A stretch of 64,000 bases of DNA. Source: Coriobacteriia bacterium. GTDB taxonomy: Bacteria; Actinomycetota; Coriobacteriia; Anaerosomatales; PHET01. A program made the translations under genes and the position numbers. The notes under the pieces are model-generated. The model was not told the DNA's origin. It saw nothing but the letters and a program-made list of their open reading frames with translations, and did not search any database. Positions 25,833 to 36,356 of the stretch are shown here, piece by piece (position 1 is the first letter of the stretch; each line of letters starts with the position of its first letter). The stretch spans positions 165,103 through 229,102 of the forward strand of contig JAXMKZ010000011.1 of NCBI GenBank assembly GCA_034370385.1, in the 5' to 3' direction.

Positions 25833-27787
25833 TAGTCTTCCTTTCGTTCGTTTGCCGGGTGCTCGCTCACCATCTGCGCCCCAAGCTGATTGAACAGAAC
25901 ATGCTCCAAGTCTGATGCCGGCTCCGCAGAACCATCGGAGGACGCCGGCTCGGCGCTCTCGGCCGCGACGGCATCCTGCGGTGCCGCTACCGCAGGCTCG
26001 ACAGCGGCCGCAACAGGCTCGGCTGTTGTCACGGCCGGCTCGGCCTCAGGCGTTGCCTCAGCCACGCGCGGCGGCGCTTCCGGCTCCAAGACCGGACGTA
26101 CTGGTCCACGTCCCAGCTGGTAGCGGAAGGGCGGCGCCACGCCGAAGACCACCGCAAGAGCGTCTCTCAGCAGGATGCGCGTCTCAGGCTCTTCAGCCAA
26201 CTGCAGCGAGAACTGCTGGTCCTTGGGGAACTCGAGCACGAGCGTCCGTTCGTCCGCATCGACATCGATCTCGACCATCGCGAACGTGTGAGCACGAGCG
26301 GGTCGCAGCTTCTTGACCTCGACGAGCGTCGCCTTCCAAGCGCGCTTGGCAGAGGCCCTGTCGATGGTGCCGGCCTCGCCTACCGGGTGCACGGCAGCCT
26401 CACCGGGCGACGCCACGACGGCATCGGCTCCGGCCGATTCGGCTGCCGGGGCGACCGATGGTGCGACCTGCTCGGCGGCCTTCACGGCGACCGGTTCCGG
26501 CGCCGGTTCGGACGCGGGCATCTTCTCCGATGCCGCGTCCACCGTGGACTCGGAGGCCCCCACGGACACCGCGGGCACCGCGGCGGGCAGGGGCCCCGCC
26601 CCGGAGCGCAACGCGCGCTCGACGGTCTCCACTCGGGCGGCGAGCGCCGGAAGGGTCGTCTCGCCCTGCGGGCGCGCCATGCGCGTAAGCGCGATCTCGA
26701 GGGAGAGGCGCGGATCGCTCGACCAGCGCAGCTCCGCCGCAAGGTCCACCAGCACGTCGAGCACGTGCTCGATCCGCGAGGGGCCGCCGAACTCAGCGGC
26801 CTGTGCGATGAGGAGAGCCATCTCATCAGCCGGGCGGTCGACGATACCGCTCACGTCACCGATCACCGTAGCGACGTACAGGTCACGGACGTGGCCGGTG
26901 AGCTCCCGCACGAGCTCGGCCACATCGGCACCGGTCTCGACGATGTCGGCGACCCAGACGAAGCAACCGGCGACATCCTGACGCGCCATCAGGCCGGCGA
27001 GCGTGAACAGCTGCGAAGAATCGACCTCGCACAGCATCCCCTCGACATCGTCGACGGTGATCTCGCCACCCGTGTAGGCCGCCAGTTGTTCGAGGGCCGT
27101 GATTGCGTCGCGCATGCCGCCATCGGCATGACGCGCTATGAGGGTGAAGGCGCCCCGGTCGACCTTGAACCCCTCGGATTCGGCGATGAACCGCAGGTGA
27201 TCTGCGACGTCTTCGACGCTGATGCGATGGAAGTCGAAGCGTTGGCAGCGCGAGTGAATCGTGTCCGGGACCTTGTGCGGATGGGTCGTGCACATGACGA
27301 ACACGACGTGGGACGGCGGCTCCTCGAGCGTCTTGAGCAGCGCGTTGAACGACGACGGCGACAGCATGTGCACCTCGTCGATGATGTAGATCTTGTACGC
27401 GCCGCGGGTGGGCGCGTACTGCACGCGATTGATGATCTGATCGCGCACGATATCGACCTGGGTATGCGATGCAGCGTCAAGCTCGAAGACATCCGGGTGG
27501 TTGCCTTCGGCGACCGCGCGACACTCCTCGCAGGTGCCGTCGGGCTCCGCGGCGGGCGCTCGCTCGCACAGAAGGGCCTTGGCAAGAAGCCGCGCCGTGG
27601 TCGTCTTGCCCGTTCCGCGCGGCCCGGTGAACAGGTACGCGTGGGCGACCTTGCCCTCGGCGACCGCATTGCGCAGTGTGCGCTCTATGGGCTGCTGCCC
27701 GACCACCTCGTCAAACGTGGCCGGACGGTACTTGCGATAGAGCGACTGGTGCGCCATCGGCCTCGTTGCCCCTTGCGTCTTGAACAT
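25832..27787 (-). CDS. dnaX: DNA polymerase III gamma/tau subunit
   Basis: GPRGTGKTT Walker A, IIDEVHML and a CxxC zinc module, with an Ala/Pro-rich tau C-terminus. Confidence 0.9.
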   Translation of the reverse strand: MFKTQGATRPMAHQSLYRKYRPATFDEVVGQQPIERTLRNAVAEGKVAHAYLFTGPRGTGKTTTARLLAKALLCERAPAAEPDGTCEECRAVAEGNHPDVFELDAASHTQVDIVRDQIINRVQYAPTRGAYKIYIIDEVHMLSPSSFNALLKTLEEPPSHVVFVMCTTHPHKVPDTIHSRCQRFDFHRISVEDVADHLRFIAESEGFKVDRGAFTLIARHADGGMRDAITALEQLAAYTGGEITVDDVEGMLCEVDSSQLFTLAGLMARQDVAGCFVWVADIVETGADVAELVRELTGHVRDLYVATVIGDVSGIVDRPADEMALLIAQAAEFGGPSRIEHVLDVLVDLAAELRWSSDPRLSLEIALTRMARPQGETTLPALAARVETVERALRSGAGPLPAAVPAVSVGASESTVDAASEKMPASEPAPEPVAVKAAEQVAPSVAPAAESAGADAVVASPGEAAVHPVGEAGTIDRASAKRAWKATLVEVKKLRPARAHTFAMVEIDVDADERTLVLEFPKDQQFSLQLAEEPETRILLRDALAVVFGVAPPFRYQLGRGPVRPVLEPEAPPRVAEATPEAEPAVTTAEPVAAAVEPAVAAPQDAVAAESAEPASSDGSAEPASDLEHVLFNQLGAQMVSEHPANERKED

Positions 27788-27856
27788 GCTGATCTACCTT
27801 GCGAGTATACCGCCGCACTCTGACGGGACCTCGCGTGAATCACAGAAGCGCGCCCT

Positions 27857-27945
<89 letters not shown>

Positions 27946-28022
27946 GACGCGCTCCTCGCGGACGCACAGTATACCGTGCGCGCCGCCGAGCGACATGCTC
28001 ATTGGCGCCCTACTTCACGACC

Positions 28023-28952
28023 CTACTTCGTGGTGAATCCCATCAGCCCGAGCGCCGTGGTCACCGCGACGATTCCCAGCATCACCGCGGCCGTCAAGCC
28101 CACCAGCGCCAGCGGTGAGAGCGCCCCGCCGCGCCGGCCACGAATCTCGAGCGCTTCTGCCTTCGGGCACGCGTCGACGCAGAGCGCGCACGCGATACAT
28201 TCGCTATCGCTCACCACCGACTCGACACCCGAGACCTCGATGTTCACCGGACACACCTTGTCGCACGCTCCGCAGTCAACGCAGGCCCCCGAGACCCGGG
28301 TGACGCGAAACCAGCTCAGGCGACTGAACAGTGCGAGGAACGCGCCCATCGGGCACAGGTACTTGCAGAAGAAGCGGTCGTAGACGAACGAACCGGCGAG
28401 CGATACGCCGAGAACCGCCGCCCCGATGCCGAACTCGGTGAAGAGCTCCGGGGATGTCAGGTGGTGGTAGGCGGCCCAGGGGTCATACGGCCGAATCACC
28501 AGCGTGCCGAAGAGCCAGGACAGCCAGGTGAAGATCCCGAACACCGCGTACTTGAGCATCCGGGCCGGGATGTCGAGACCCGCTGGGACCTCTCGCCGCC
28601 GCACGCCGATGCGCCCTCGCAACGACCCGAAGATCTCTTGAAGCGTGCCCAGCGGACAGAACTGTCCGCAGAAGGCGCGACCAACCGCCAGGTTGAGCGC
28701 CACAGCGCCGCCAAGGAGCACGACGCTTCCCCACGCGATGCGCTTGATGAATACTCCCGCCGACAGCAGCGCCCACAGCGACTCGATTCCGCCGAACGGG
28801 CACAGCGCATCAACGCCGACGACCCCAAGGTGCCGAGCCTTCTGATGGAGCAGACCGATCACCGTGCTCGTCGCGAGAACCGTGAGCACCAGTGCCCACC
28901 GGGCTACCCGGAAGCCCCGATCACCTCGGCCGGTGGCCCGTGTCGGTGTCAC
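28023..28952 (-). CDS. Polytopic 4Fe-4S-binding membrane protein (NapH/MauN/COG0348-like)
   Basis: FCGQFCPLG and FFCKYLCPMG membrane Cys motifs, plus CVDCGACDKVCP and CIACALCVDACP. Confidence 0.7.
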   Translation of the reverse strand: MTPTRATGRGDRGFRVARWALVLTVLATSTVIGLLHQKARHLGVVGVDALCPFGGIESLWALLSAGVFIKRIAWGSVVLLGGAVALNLAVGRAFCGQFCPLGTLQEIFGSLRGRIGVRRREVPAGLDIPARMLKYAVFGIFTWLSWLFGTLVIRPYDPWAAYHHLTSPELFTEFGIGAAVLGVSLAGSFVYDRFFCKYLCPMGAFLALFSRLSWFRVTRVSGACVDCGACDKVCPVNIEVSGVESVVSDSECIACALCVDACPKAEALEIRGRRGGALSPLALVGLTAAVMLGIVAVTTALGLMGFTTK

Positions 28953-29623
28953 TTGGCGCAGTTCTCAGTCGCAGGTGTGAGCTTGCGCCCCAAGCGGCGC
29001 TGGATGGCGTGAACGATGCCCGGCGAGACGCTGACAAGGATGATCCCGATGACGAGGTACTCAAGGTTCTCCGCAACGGCAGGGATGTTGCCAAAGAAGT
29101 ACCCCGCTCCCACAAACAGCACGATCCAAGCGACGGCGCCTGTGACGTTGTACAGTGCGAAGCGACCGTAGTCCATGTGGCCGATACCCGCGATGAACGG
29201 GGCGAAGGTCCGGATGAAGGGAAAGAAGCGGGCGAGCGAGATGGTCTTGCCGCCATGACGGCAGAAGAACGTTTCGGTCTCCGCGACGTGCTCGGGCGTG
29301 ATCACCCGAGAGAACTTGCCCGAGTTGAGAATCGCCCGGCCCCACTTACGCCCGATAGAGTAGTTCACCGCATCACCCAGCACGGCCGCCACGAAGAGGA
29401 CCCCGACGATCACCCAGACGTTGAGCCCCCCGACAGCGGCAATCGCCCCTCCGGCAAATAGCAGCGAATCGCCGGGCAGAAACGGCATGATGACGACACC
29501 GGTCTCCATAAAGACGATGACGAACAGAATCGCGTAGATCCAGATACCGTACACCGCCGCCCACTGAGCAAGGACGGCGTCGAGATTGAAGAAGAGGTCA
29601 GTGAAGAACGAGATGATATCCAT
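28949..29623 (-). CDS. DedA/SNARE-associated family membrane protein
   Basis: FMETGVVIMPFLPGDSLLFAGG motif. The start is set at ATG 29623 (MDIISFF...); the ORF extends to 29689 but that would overlap the divergent gene. Confidence 0.8.
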   Translation of the reverse strand: MDIISFFTDLFFNLDAVLAQWAAVYGIWIYAILFVIVFMETGVVIMPFLPGDSLLFAGGAIAAVGGLNVWVIVGVLFVAAVLGDAVNYSIGRKWGRAILNSGKFSRVITPEHVAETETFFCRHGGKTISLARFFPFIRTFAPFIAGIGHMDYGRFALYNVTGAVAWIVLFVGAGYFFGNIPAVAENLEYLVIGIILVSVSPGIVHAIQRRLGRKLTPATENCAK

Positions 29624-29669
29624 GGGTCTCCGGGACGAGGGCTCGAGCGGTCGCGAGAGAGCATACTCC

Positions 29670-30497
29670 ATGCTGTCGGAACGGAGCATAGCGTGGTCTC
29701 AAGCGCTACTGAACCGTCACTCGCGACGTCGCTACGACGAGGAGTCGGCTTCAGACGAGGCCCTTGCCGCGCTCGACCGTGTGTGCCAGGGGTTCCGCCC
29801 GTACCCCGACGCACGGGCGGTTCTCGTGCGCACGCCGTCGGTCGACATCTTCACCGGTGCCGTCGGCTCGTACGGCAAGGTGGTCGGGGCTCCTCACGTG
29901 CTGGCGTTCATCGCGAACGAAAGCTCGCCGGCGTCGGCCCTGCACCTCGGCTACACCGGCGAAGCCGTCGTGTTGGAGGCCACTGCTCAGGGACTCGATA
30001 CCTGCTGGGTCGCCGGCTTCTTTGACCGGGGGGCCGCGTCACAACTGGTCGAGCTCGCGCCCGAAGAACGCATCGCCGCAGTCTCGCCCGTCGGGCATAC
30101 CGCCGTGAAGCGGTCGTCCACCGAGCGCACCATGAGCGCCCTGGCCCGCTCTAAACAGCGCAAGCCACTCCGCACCATCGCCAAGGACGCCAGCCTCGAA
30201 TGGCCGCAGTGGGCGCTCGGCGCGATCGAAGCTGCACGGGTCGCACCGTCGGCGATGAATCGCCAGCCGTGGCGGTTCCGCCTCGAGGATGGATCGCTTG
30301 TCCTGTCGATGGACTCGAACCGGCAGATTCCGGTGGTGCGCAAGGAGTTGGACTGCGGCATCGCGATGCTGCACGCGGAGGTGGCAGCCCACGCCCATGG
30401 CGTTCAGGGTCGATGGGTCGAGGCCCGTGAAGGACGCGACCTCGCACGCTTCACCCCCGTGGTCGAAACAGCGCAATCCACCGCGGACAGCGAGTGA
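29670..30497 (+). CDS. Nitroreductase-family protein
   Basis: [10 protein letters not shown] near the N-terminus and [12 protein letters not shown] further on. Confidence 0.75.
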   Translation: MLSERSIAWSQALLNRHSRRRYDEESASDEALAALDRVCQGFRPYPDARAVLVRTPSVDIFTGAVGSYGKVVGAPHVLAFIANESSPASALHLGYTGEAVVLEATAQGLDTCWVAGFFDRGAASQLVELAPEERIAAVSPVGHTAVKRSSTERTMSALARSKQRKPLRTIAKDASLEWPQWALGAIEAARVAPSAMNRQPWRFRLEDGSLVLSMDSNRQIPVVRKELDCGIAMLHAEVAAHAHGVQGRWVEAREGRDLARFTPVVETAQSTADSE

Positions 30498-31411
30498 GTC
30501 CCGTGCGCGTGGCGATCGCCGGCGGAAACGGCTTCATCGGGCGGTTGCTCACCGATCAGCTTCTGGAGTCGGGCGCCGATGTCGCGTGGCTCTCTCACTC
30601 GCCTGGCCGTCGCCTGCTGCCGTCCGGTGTCTCGGAGGTCGCTTTCAGGCCCGGTGCCGACGGTGCCTGGCAGCGCGAGGTGGCGGATGCTGACGCGATC
30701 GTCAACCTGTCCGGGTACCCCATCGCCAGCCGATGGAGCCCTCGCGTGAAGGCACAACTCCGGTCAAGCCGCATCGACACCACGCAGGCGCTTGTCGGTG
30801 CGATTGCCGCCGCCCGCGCTCGGGACCGGGGACCAACCGTTCTGGTGAACGCATCGGGCATCGGTGTCTACGGTGACGGTGGCGAAGAGGTTCTGACCGA
30901 GGAGTCCCGTATCGGCGGGGATTGGCTCGCCGACCTGGCCGTCGACTGGGAGAACGCGGCATGCCCCGCTGAGGCGAGCGGCTGCAGAGTCGTCATCGTG
31001 CGCACCGGCCTGGTGCTGGGAGCCGAAGGTCTACTGCCGAAGCTCCTGCTGCCGATGCGCCTGTTCGTCGGGGGTCCGGTCGGCTCCGGCAAACAGTGGA
31101 CGCCGTGGATTCACCAGAGGGATATCGCAGCTGTGTACCGGCACGCCATCGAGTCGCCGACGTTGAGCGGCCCAGTGAACGCCTGCGCCCCGAACGCCGT
31201 GCGCATGAAGGAGCTCACCGCCGCGCTGGGACACGTCGTCGGACGACCGTCGTGGCTTCCGGTTCCCGGCGTCGCGCTGCGTGTCGTCTTGGGCGAAGTC
31301 GCTCCTTACACGCTCATGAGCCAGCGAGCATCCGCGTCCAGACTGGTCAAAGCCGGCTTCCAGTTCGCGTTTCCTGCGCTTGATGTCGCCCTGCACGACC
31401 TGCTCGACTAG
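30494..31411 (+). CDS. TIGR01777/YfcH-like SDR epimerase-family protein (C-terminal DUF1731-like)
   Basis: [11 protein letters not shown] Rossmann motif, with a C-terminus of [23 protein letters not shown] overlap with the upstream gene. Confidence 0.8.
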   Translation: MSPVRVAIAGGNGFIGRLLTDQLLESGADVAWLSHSPGRRLLPSGVSEVAFRPGADGAWQREVADADAIVNLSGYPIASRWSPRVKAQLRSSRIDTTQALVGAIAAARARDRGPTVLVNASGIGVYGDGGEEVLTEESRIGGDWLADLAVDWENAACPAEASGCRVVIVRTGLVLGAEGLLPKLLLPMRLFVGGPVGSGKQWTPWIHQRDIAAVYRHAIESPTLSGPVNACAPNAVRMKELTAALGHVVGRPSWLPVPGVALRVVLGEVAPYTLMSQRASASRLVKAGFQFAFPALDVALHDLLD

Positions 31412-31457
31412 TCGTGGCGGTCTGACCGGGCAGCGACGCCCCCCAAGACAGCCCGCC

Positions 31458-32921
31458 TCACAGCGCTCGCGAGAACAGCCGCGCGACCGCGTTGCGGAAC
31501 CGTGCAAGCGGCCCTATCCGGGCGAGCACCTCGCCCGTGAGCTCCCTGCAGCACAGCGAATCCGCATCAAACAGCGCCTCCTGTCTACGAGCGATCGCCG
31601 CGTCGTAGAAGAACAACTGCAGCTCATCGTGCAGTGCGAAGCTGCGATAGTCGAAGTTCGTCGTGCCGATGGACGCGAGTCTTCCGTCGACGGTGACCGC
31701 CTTGGCGTGCAGGAAGCCGGCCTCGTACTGAAGCACCGTCGCACCGGCGGCCACGAGTTCGTCGAGGTAGCTGAACGCCGCCCACCACGGCAGTCGCTTG
31801 TCGTGCACGCCCGCCATCATGAGCTTCACGTCGATGCCCGCGAATGCCGAAGCCGCGAGGGCATCGGCGATCGTCTGATCCGGCACGTAGTACGGCGACT
31901 GTACCCGCACCGACGCGTTCGCATGAGAGATGGCGAACAGCAGTACGTGTCTGAGCGCCTGCCACTGGGATTCAGGTCCCGAAAAGGCGAGTTGCGCCCA
32001 AACCCAACCGCTCTCAGGAAGTGGCTCGGGCTCAGGGAACCGCTCCGCGTCGAACAAGCTCTCGCCGGTCACCCGATACCACCTTGAGCAGTACAGCGCG
32101 TGCACGTCATGCACGAGCGGGCCCTCGAAGCGCACATGCGTGTCACGCCACACGTCGAAACGACGCCCGCCATCGGCGTACTCGCGACCCATGTTCATGC
32201 CGCCCGTGTAGGCGATGCGCCCGTCGATGACCACCGTCTTGCGGTGGTTACGGAAGTTGAGCTTGCGCCAATCGGCTCGATCGGGCCGCACCTGTGCGCC
32301 CGCTGCACGCAAGGCCTTCAGCTGCTTCTTGCCATAGGGCGCCGAGCCGATCCAGTCGTACAGCACCCGCACTTCAACACCCTCATGGACCTTGCGAGCG
32401 AGGAGGTCGCACACCTGCTGGGTCAGGTCATCCGACTCCCAGATGAAGTACTGCAGATGGACGAAGCGTTTCGCACCCTCGATGTCCTCGAGCAGCCGCG
32501 CGAACTTCTCGTCACCCGTCGAGAAGATCTGCAGATCCACGCAGGGCAACGCCGTCGTACCGTTGAAGCGCTCGATCGCCCGGGAGACGCCCGCGAAGAG
32601 CGGGTCCGCCGCCGTCTCAGTGTCCGCGAACCGATAGCACCCACGCACTTCCCTCAGCGCCTCGGCCGCAAGAGCCGTGGCCTCTTGGCGACGTCGGTCG
32701 CGGGCTCCGGAGCGCCGAAGGTCACGACCGAACAGCAGATAGAGTCCCACGCCGAGTACCGGCACGAGCAGCAGCACGAGGATCCAGGCGAGCGTCGTCG
32801 AAGGATCGCGCTCCTCGTAGATGAGGGTCACGATGACTGCAACCGCGTACACGGCTATGGCGAGGAGGATCAAGTCGTAGGACACGAGTTCATCGTACCC
32901 GCCCACGGACTCGCTGAGCAC
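31458..32921 (-). CDS. cls: Cardiolipin synthase (two PLD HKD motifs)
   Basis: Two N-terminal TM segments, then HRKTVVIDG and HAKAVTVDG. Confidence 0.9.
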   Translation of the reverse strand: MLSESVGGYDELVSYDLILLAIAVYAVAVIVTLIYEERDPSTTLAWILVLLLVPVLGVGLYLLFGRDLRRSGARDRRRQEATALAAEALREVRGCYRFADTETAADPLFAGVSRAIERFNGTTALPCVDLQIFSTGDEKFARLLEDIEGAKRFVHLQYFIWESDDLTQQVCDLLARKVHEGVEVRVLYDWIGSAPYGKKQLKALRAAGAQVRPDRADWRKLNFRNHRKTVVIDGRIAYTGGMNMGREYADGGRRFDVWRDTHVRFEGPLVHDVHALYCSRWYRVTGESLFDAERFPEPEPLPESGWVWAQLAFSGPESQWQALRHVLLFAISHANASVRVQSPYYVPDQTIADALAASAFAGIDVKLMMAGVHDKRLPWWAAFSYLDELVAAGATVLQYEAGFLHAKAVTVDGRLASIGTTNFDYRSFALHDELQLFFYDAAIARRQEALFDADSLCCRELTGEVLARIGPLARFRNAVARLFSRAL

Positions 32922-32950
32922 CTCGGGCGCGAGGAGCGTATACTTGCGCT

Positions 32951-34168
32951 ATGACGTTTGAAGAACTCGGTCTATCAGACGAGATACTCGCGGCGGTGGC
33001 CGCGCTCGGCTACGTAGAGCCAACCCCAATTCAAGAACAAGCCATCCCCCTGGTCCTAGCGGGCCGGGACGTCGTTGGCGCGGCGCAAACCGGCACCGGC
33101 AAGACGGCCGCCTTCACCCTGCCGCTGCTCCAGTGCATCGGCGTCGGGCGGGGCGCACCCCTCGCGCTCGTCGTGACTCCCACCCGCGAACTCGCGGCGC
33201 AGATCGATGGCGTCGCGGCGGCGGTATCCGAGCACACGGGGCAGCGCATCGCCGCCATCGTCGGCGGTGTGGGCTACGGCCCGCAGCTCAAGCGGGTCAA
33301 AGACGGCGCCGACGTGTTGGTTGCCACACCCGGGCGCCTCATCGACCTGGTCGATCGCGGAGACGTCGATCTTTCCAAGGTCGAGATCCTCGTGCTGGAT
33401 GAAGCCGACCGCATGCTCGACATGGGCTTCTGGCCGAGCGTGAGACGCATCCTGAGCTTCCTGCCGGCCAAGCGACAGAACCTGCTGTTCTCGGCGACCA
33501 TCTCGCCGGAGATAACCCAGATCGTGGGCCGTATGCTCCACGAGCCGGCGTTCATCGAGATCGCGCGCAAGGGCACCACCGCCGAAGGCATCGAGCAGGC
33601 GATCATGCCCGTAGAGCAGTCACAAAAACCCGAGCTCCTTGCCGCGCTCATCGAGTCGCGCGGCGCGGACCGCGTCTTGGTGTTCACCAAGACGAAGGCA
33701 CGCGCGGACCTCGTTCGCACGATTCTGGACCGCCTGGGCCTGAATGTGGCGGTCATGCACGCGGATCGCACGCAGCAGCAGCGCGACTCTGCGCTCGCCC
33801 GATTCTCGGAGGGCAAGGTGGACGTGCTCGTGGCCACCGACATAATCGCCCGGGGCATCGACGTCTCGGAGATAGACCACGTCGTCAACTATGACGTGCC
33901 GGAGAACCCCGAGGACTACGTCCATCGCATCGGCCGAACCGGCCGCGCGGGAGCGAGTGGATACGCGCTCACGCTTGTGGGCCCCGACGAGATCACGCAG
34001 CTGCGCGAGATCGAGTACATGCTCGGCAAGATCCTGCCGTCGAAAGACGTGGAGGGTTTTCCGTACCGCGAAGGGCGCATCATCCCGTTCGAGGGGCGCC
34101 CTGCGAAGAAGCCGACGCGTGCCGCCTTCGGCGCGAAGGCCCGCTCGAGCAGGATCGGCCGCCGGTAG
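32951..34168 (+). CDS. DEAD-box ATP-dependent RNA helicase
   Basis: AQTGTGKT, PTRELA, VLDEAD, SAT and HRIGRTGRAG motifs. Confidence 0.9.
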   Translation: MTFEELGLSDEILAAVAALGYVEPTPIQEQAIPLVLAGRDVVGAAQTGTGKTAAFTLPLLQCIGVGRGAPLALVVTPTRELAAQIDGVAAAVSEHTGQRIAAIVGGVGYGPQLKRVKDGADVLVATPGRLIDLVDRGDVDLSKVEILVLDEADRMLDMGFWPSVRRILSFLPAKRQNLLFSATISPEITQIVGRMLHEPAFIEIARKGTTAEGIEQAIMPVEQSQKPELLAALIESRGADRVLVFTKTKARADLVRTILDRLGLNVAVMHADRTQQQRDSALARFSEGKVDVLVATDIIARGIDVSEIDHVVNYDVPENPEDYVHRIGRTGRAGASGYALTLVGPDEITQLREIEYMLGKILPSKDVEGFPYREGRIIPFEGRPAKKPTRAAFGAKARSSRIGRR

Positions 34169-34181
34169 AGCCTCACAGGTC

Positions 34182-36356
34182 CTACGGTACGGTCAGGTAG
34201 ACCGCGCGCGACGTCGTGGCGGCGTGGCGGGTGCTGGCGGGCACGCTCGCGGTGATGCGCCACTTTCCGGATCCTGGCACGGTGAGTCGAGCCGTGTAGC
34301 GGGTCGCTCCGTCACGCTGGCTGGCTTCCGCGCGCACGGTGCGCCGCGACACGTACCGTGCGCCCTGGAGCTCCGCTAGCACCACGCGTACGACGCCGTC
34401 GGCGTCGTACGTCGGCTTGAGCGTGCCCGCCACCGTGAACGCGACGCCCCTGCGAACCGACCCCACCGGCACCGGAGGACTCAGCTGAGCGCGCGGGGTC
34501 ACTTCGACGGTCCTGCTCACCGATTCAAAACGCCCCGGGGCGCCCTCGAACCGCACGCGGTATCGCGTCTGGCGAGCGGGTTTCACCGACACCCGGAATC
34601 CCCCGAAGGCATTCAGGGAGCCTGATGCGATGCCCAGAGTCCATCCGGATGATCCCGCAGGGCGTCTGTCCACGATGAATCCGGCCCGGGTAACGGGTTG
34701 GCCATCGGCCTCTTTCACCGAACCTGACAGGAATACCGACCCGCCCCACGCGCATGTCTTCGGAGCGGACACGGCAACGTTGGTCGGGCGTCCCTTCTCC
34801 CATGCGAGCGAGTACGCGCCGCCGCCCTCCTCAGCACTGACCACGATTCGGTAGACGCCTTCGGCCTCATCCGGGACGGCATAGTCCAGCCGAACCGATG
34901 TGCCCGTGGAAAGGACCGAGACGAGCGGTGCAGCGAGCGCGGTGCTCTCGCCTGAGGGGTCATAGAGGGTCAACGATATCGTGGCTGTTTCGGAGCCCTT
35001 GAACCACAGCCGGATCTCCTGTCCTGCAGCAAGCGCAATGGACAGCACGTCAACCGGGTCGGTCACCTCGTCCACGACGCCGTCGTGTGTGGCGGTGGTG
35101 AGGGGGATTCCCGGGAACTCGTCGTCAGAGGGCGCTTCGGGGTCCTCTCCGAGCGCGCGGTCGGCACGCACGAGACCAAACCCGAATCGGGGATCCTTGC
35201 CCATGGGCCCCAGATCCTCTGCGGTGTCCATGAGACGTCGGATCACCATTCCGGCGGTCCAGGTAGGATTGGCGGATCGCAGCAATGCGGCCACCCCGGC
35301 CACGTGGGGCGTGGCCATGGAGGTTCCGCTCATGACGCCCGTTCCCGAATCGGCTGCACCAGTGATCGGTCGTAGCGAGTGAACCGCTACCCCCGGCGCA
35401 ACCATGTCGAGCCGATCGCCGAATCGGGAGAACGAAGCGGACGCATCCGTCTCGTCGACTGCGCCCACGGACACGACATCCGGATACGCAGCTGGATAGT
35501 CGAGCCCCGCGATGCCGCGGTTGCCCGCAGCCGCCACTACGACACAACCCTTGGAGACCGCGTAGTCGACGGCGTCGCTCAGCACGCGCGCATCGTCGGG
35601 TCCGCCGGCGCTCACGTTGATGACATCGGCACCTTGATCGGCGGCGTAGCGAATGCCCTCCGCCATGGTGGAGGTTTCTCCGTTGCCCCATCTGTCCAGC
35701 ACCCGGACGGGAATCAGCACGCACTCGCCGGCGATGCCCGCCACGTGACTTCCGTTGTCCGTCGCCGCCGCCAACACCCCCGCCACATGCGTGCCGTGGC
35801 CGAAGCCGTCATCGGCGACCGCGTCGCGGCCGATGAAATCGTAACCACGCGACGTATCGATTCGTCCCTCGAGGTCGGGGTGATCCAGGTCCACGCCGGA
35901 GTCCACCACCGCTATCCTCACCTCGCGGGAACCCTGGGTGATATCCCACGCATCGGGTGCGCCGATGCGCTCAAGGTTCCATTGAAGGCCGAAGTCAGGG
36001 TCGTCAGGCACGAACGCCGCTGTCACCCTGCTCTCCGGCTCGGCGTACTCGACTCCGGGCAAGCGTGAGACGGAAGCCGCGAATGCGGCGGGGTCCTCGC
36101 CCTCAGGAGCATCCGCAACGAGGAAGGCTCCGGGCCCGCTGCGCCGGATCACCGTGCCGCCGGCCCTCACGACCCGATTCTCCACGGCCTCAATGGTTCC
36201 TGCGGCCACGCCCACAACGACCGAGCCGGTCCACGCCTTCTCGGCGATGCGAGTCGAAGAGGCGACCTTGGCTCCCGCGGTGGGCACGGCGAGCCCGAAC
36301 GCCAGCGACACTGCGAGGATAAGTCGGAGGAACTCGGATGTCGGGCGAGTGAACAC
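34182..36356 (-). CDS. Secreted subtilisin-like (S8) serine protease with C-terminal beta-sandwich domains
   Basis: Signal peptide, then VAVVDSGVD (Asp), HGTHVAGV (His) and GTSMATPHVAG (Ser). The last ~200 aa are Ig-like modules shared with neighbouring secreted proteins. Confidence 0.85.
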   Translation of the reverse strand: MFTRPTSEFLRLILAVSLAFGLAVPTAGAKVASSTRIAEKAWTGSVVVGVAAGTIEAVENRVVRAGGTVIRRSGPGAFLVADAPEGEDPAAFAASVSRLPGVEYAEPESRVTAAFVPDDPDFGLQWNLERIGAPDAWDITQGSREVRIAVVDSGVDLDHPDLEGRIDTSRGYDFIGRDAVADDGFGHGTHVAGVLAAATDNGSHVAGIAGECVLIPVRVLDRWGNGETSTMAEGIRYAADQGADVINVSAGGPDDARVLSDAVDYAVSKGCVVVAAAGNRGIAGLDYPAAYPDVVSVGAVDETDASASFSRFGDRLDMVAPGVAVHSLRPITGAADSGTGVMSGTSMATPHVAGVAALLRSANPTWTAGMVIRRLMDTAEDLGPMGKDPRFGFGLVRADRALGEDPEAPSDDEFPGIPLTTATHDGVVDEVTDPVDVLSIALAAGQEIRLWFKGSETATISLTLYDPSGESTALAAPLVSVLSTGTSVRLDYAVPDEAEGVYRIVVSAEEGGGAYSLAWEKGRPTNVAVSAPKTCAWGGSVFLSGSVKEADGQPVTRAGFIVDRRPAGSSGWTLGIASGSLNAFGGFRVSVKPARQTRYRVRFEGAPGRFESVSRTVEVTPRAQLSPPVPVGSVRRGVAFTVAGTLKPTYDADGVVRVVLAELQGARYVSRRTVRAEASQRDGATRYTARLTVPGSGKWRITASVPASTRHAATTSRAVYLTVP

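Noticed and set aside
25832-27787. A programmed -1 frameshift site in dnaX (A AAA AAG type, as in E. coli).
   Set aside because: No A-rich slippery heptamer is visible in the gene. Many high-GC bacteria make only full-length tau.
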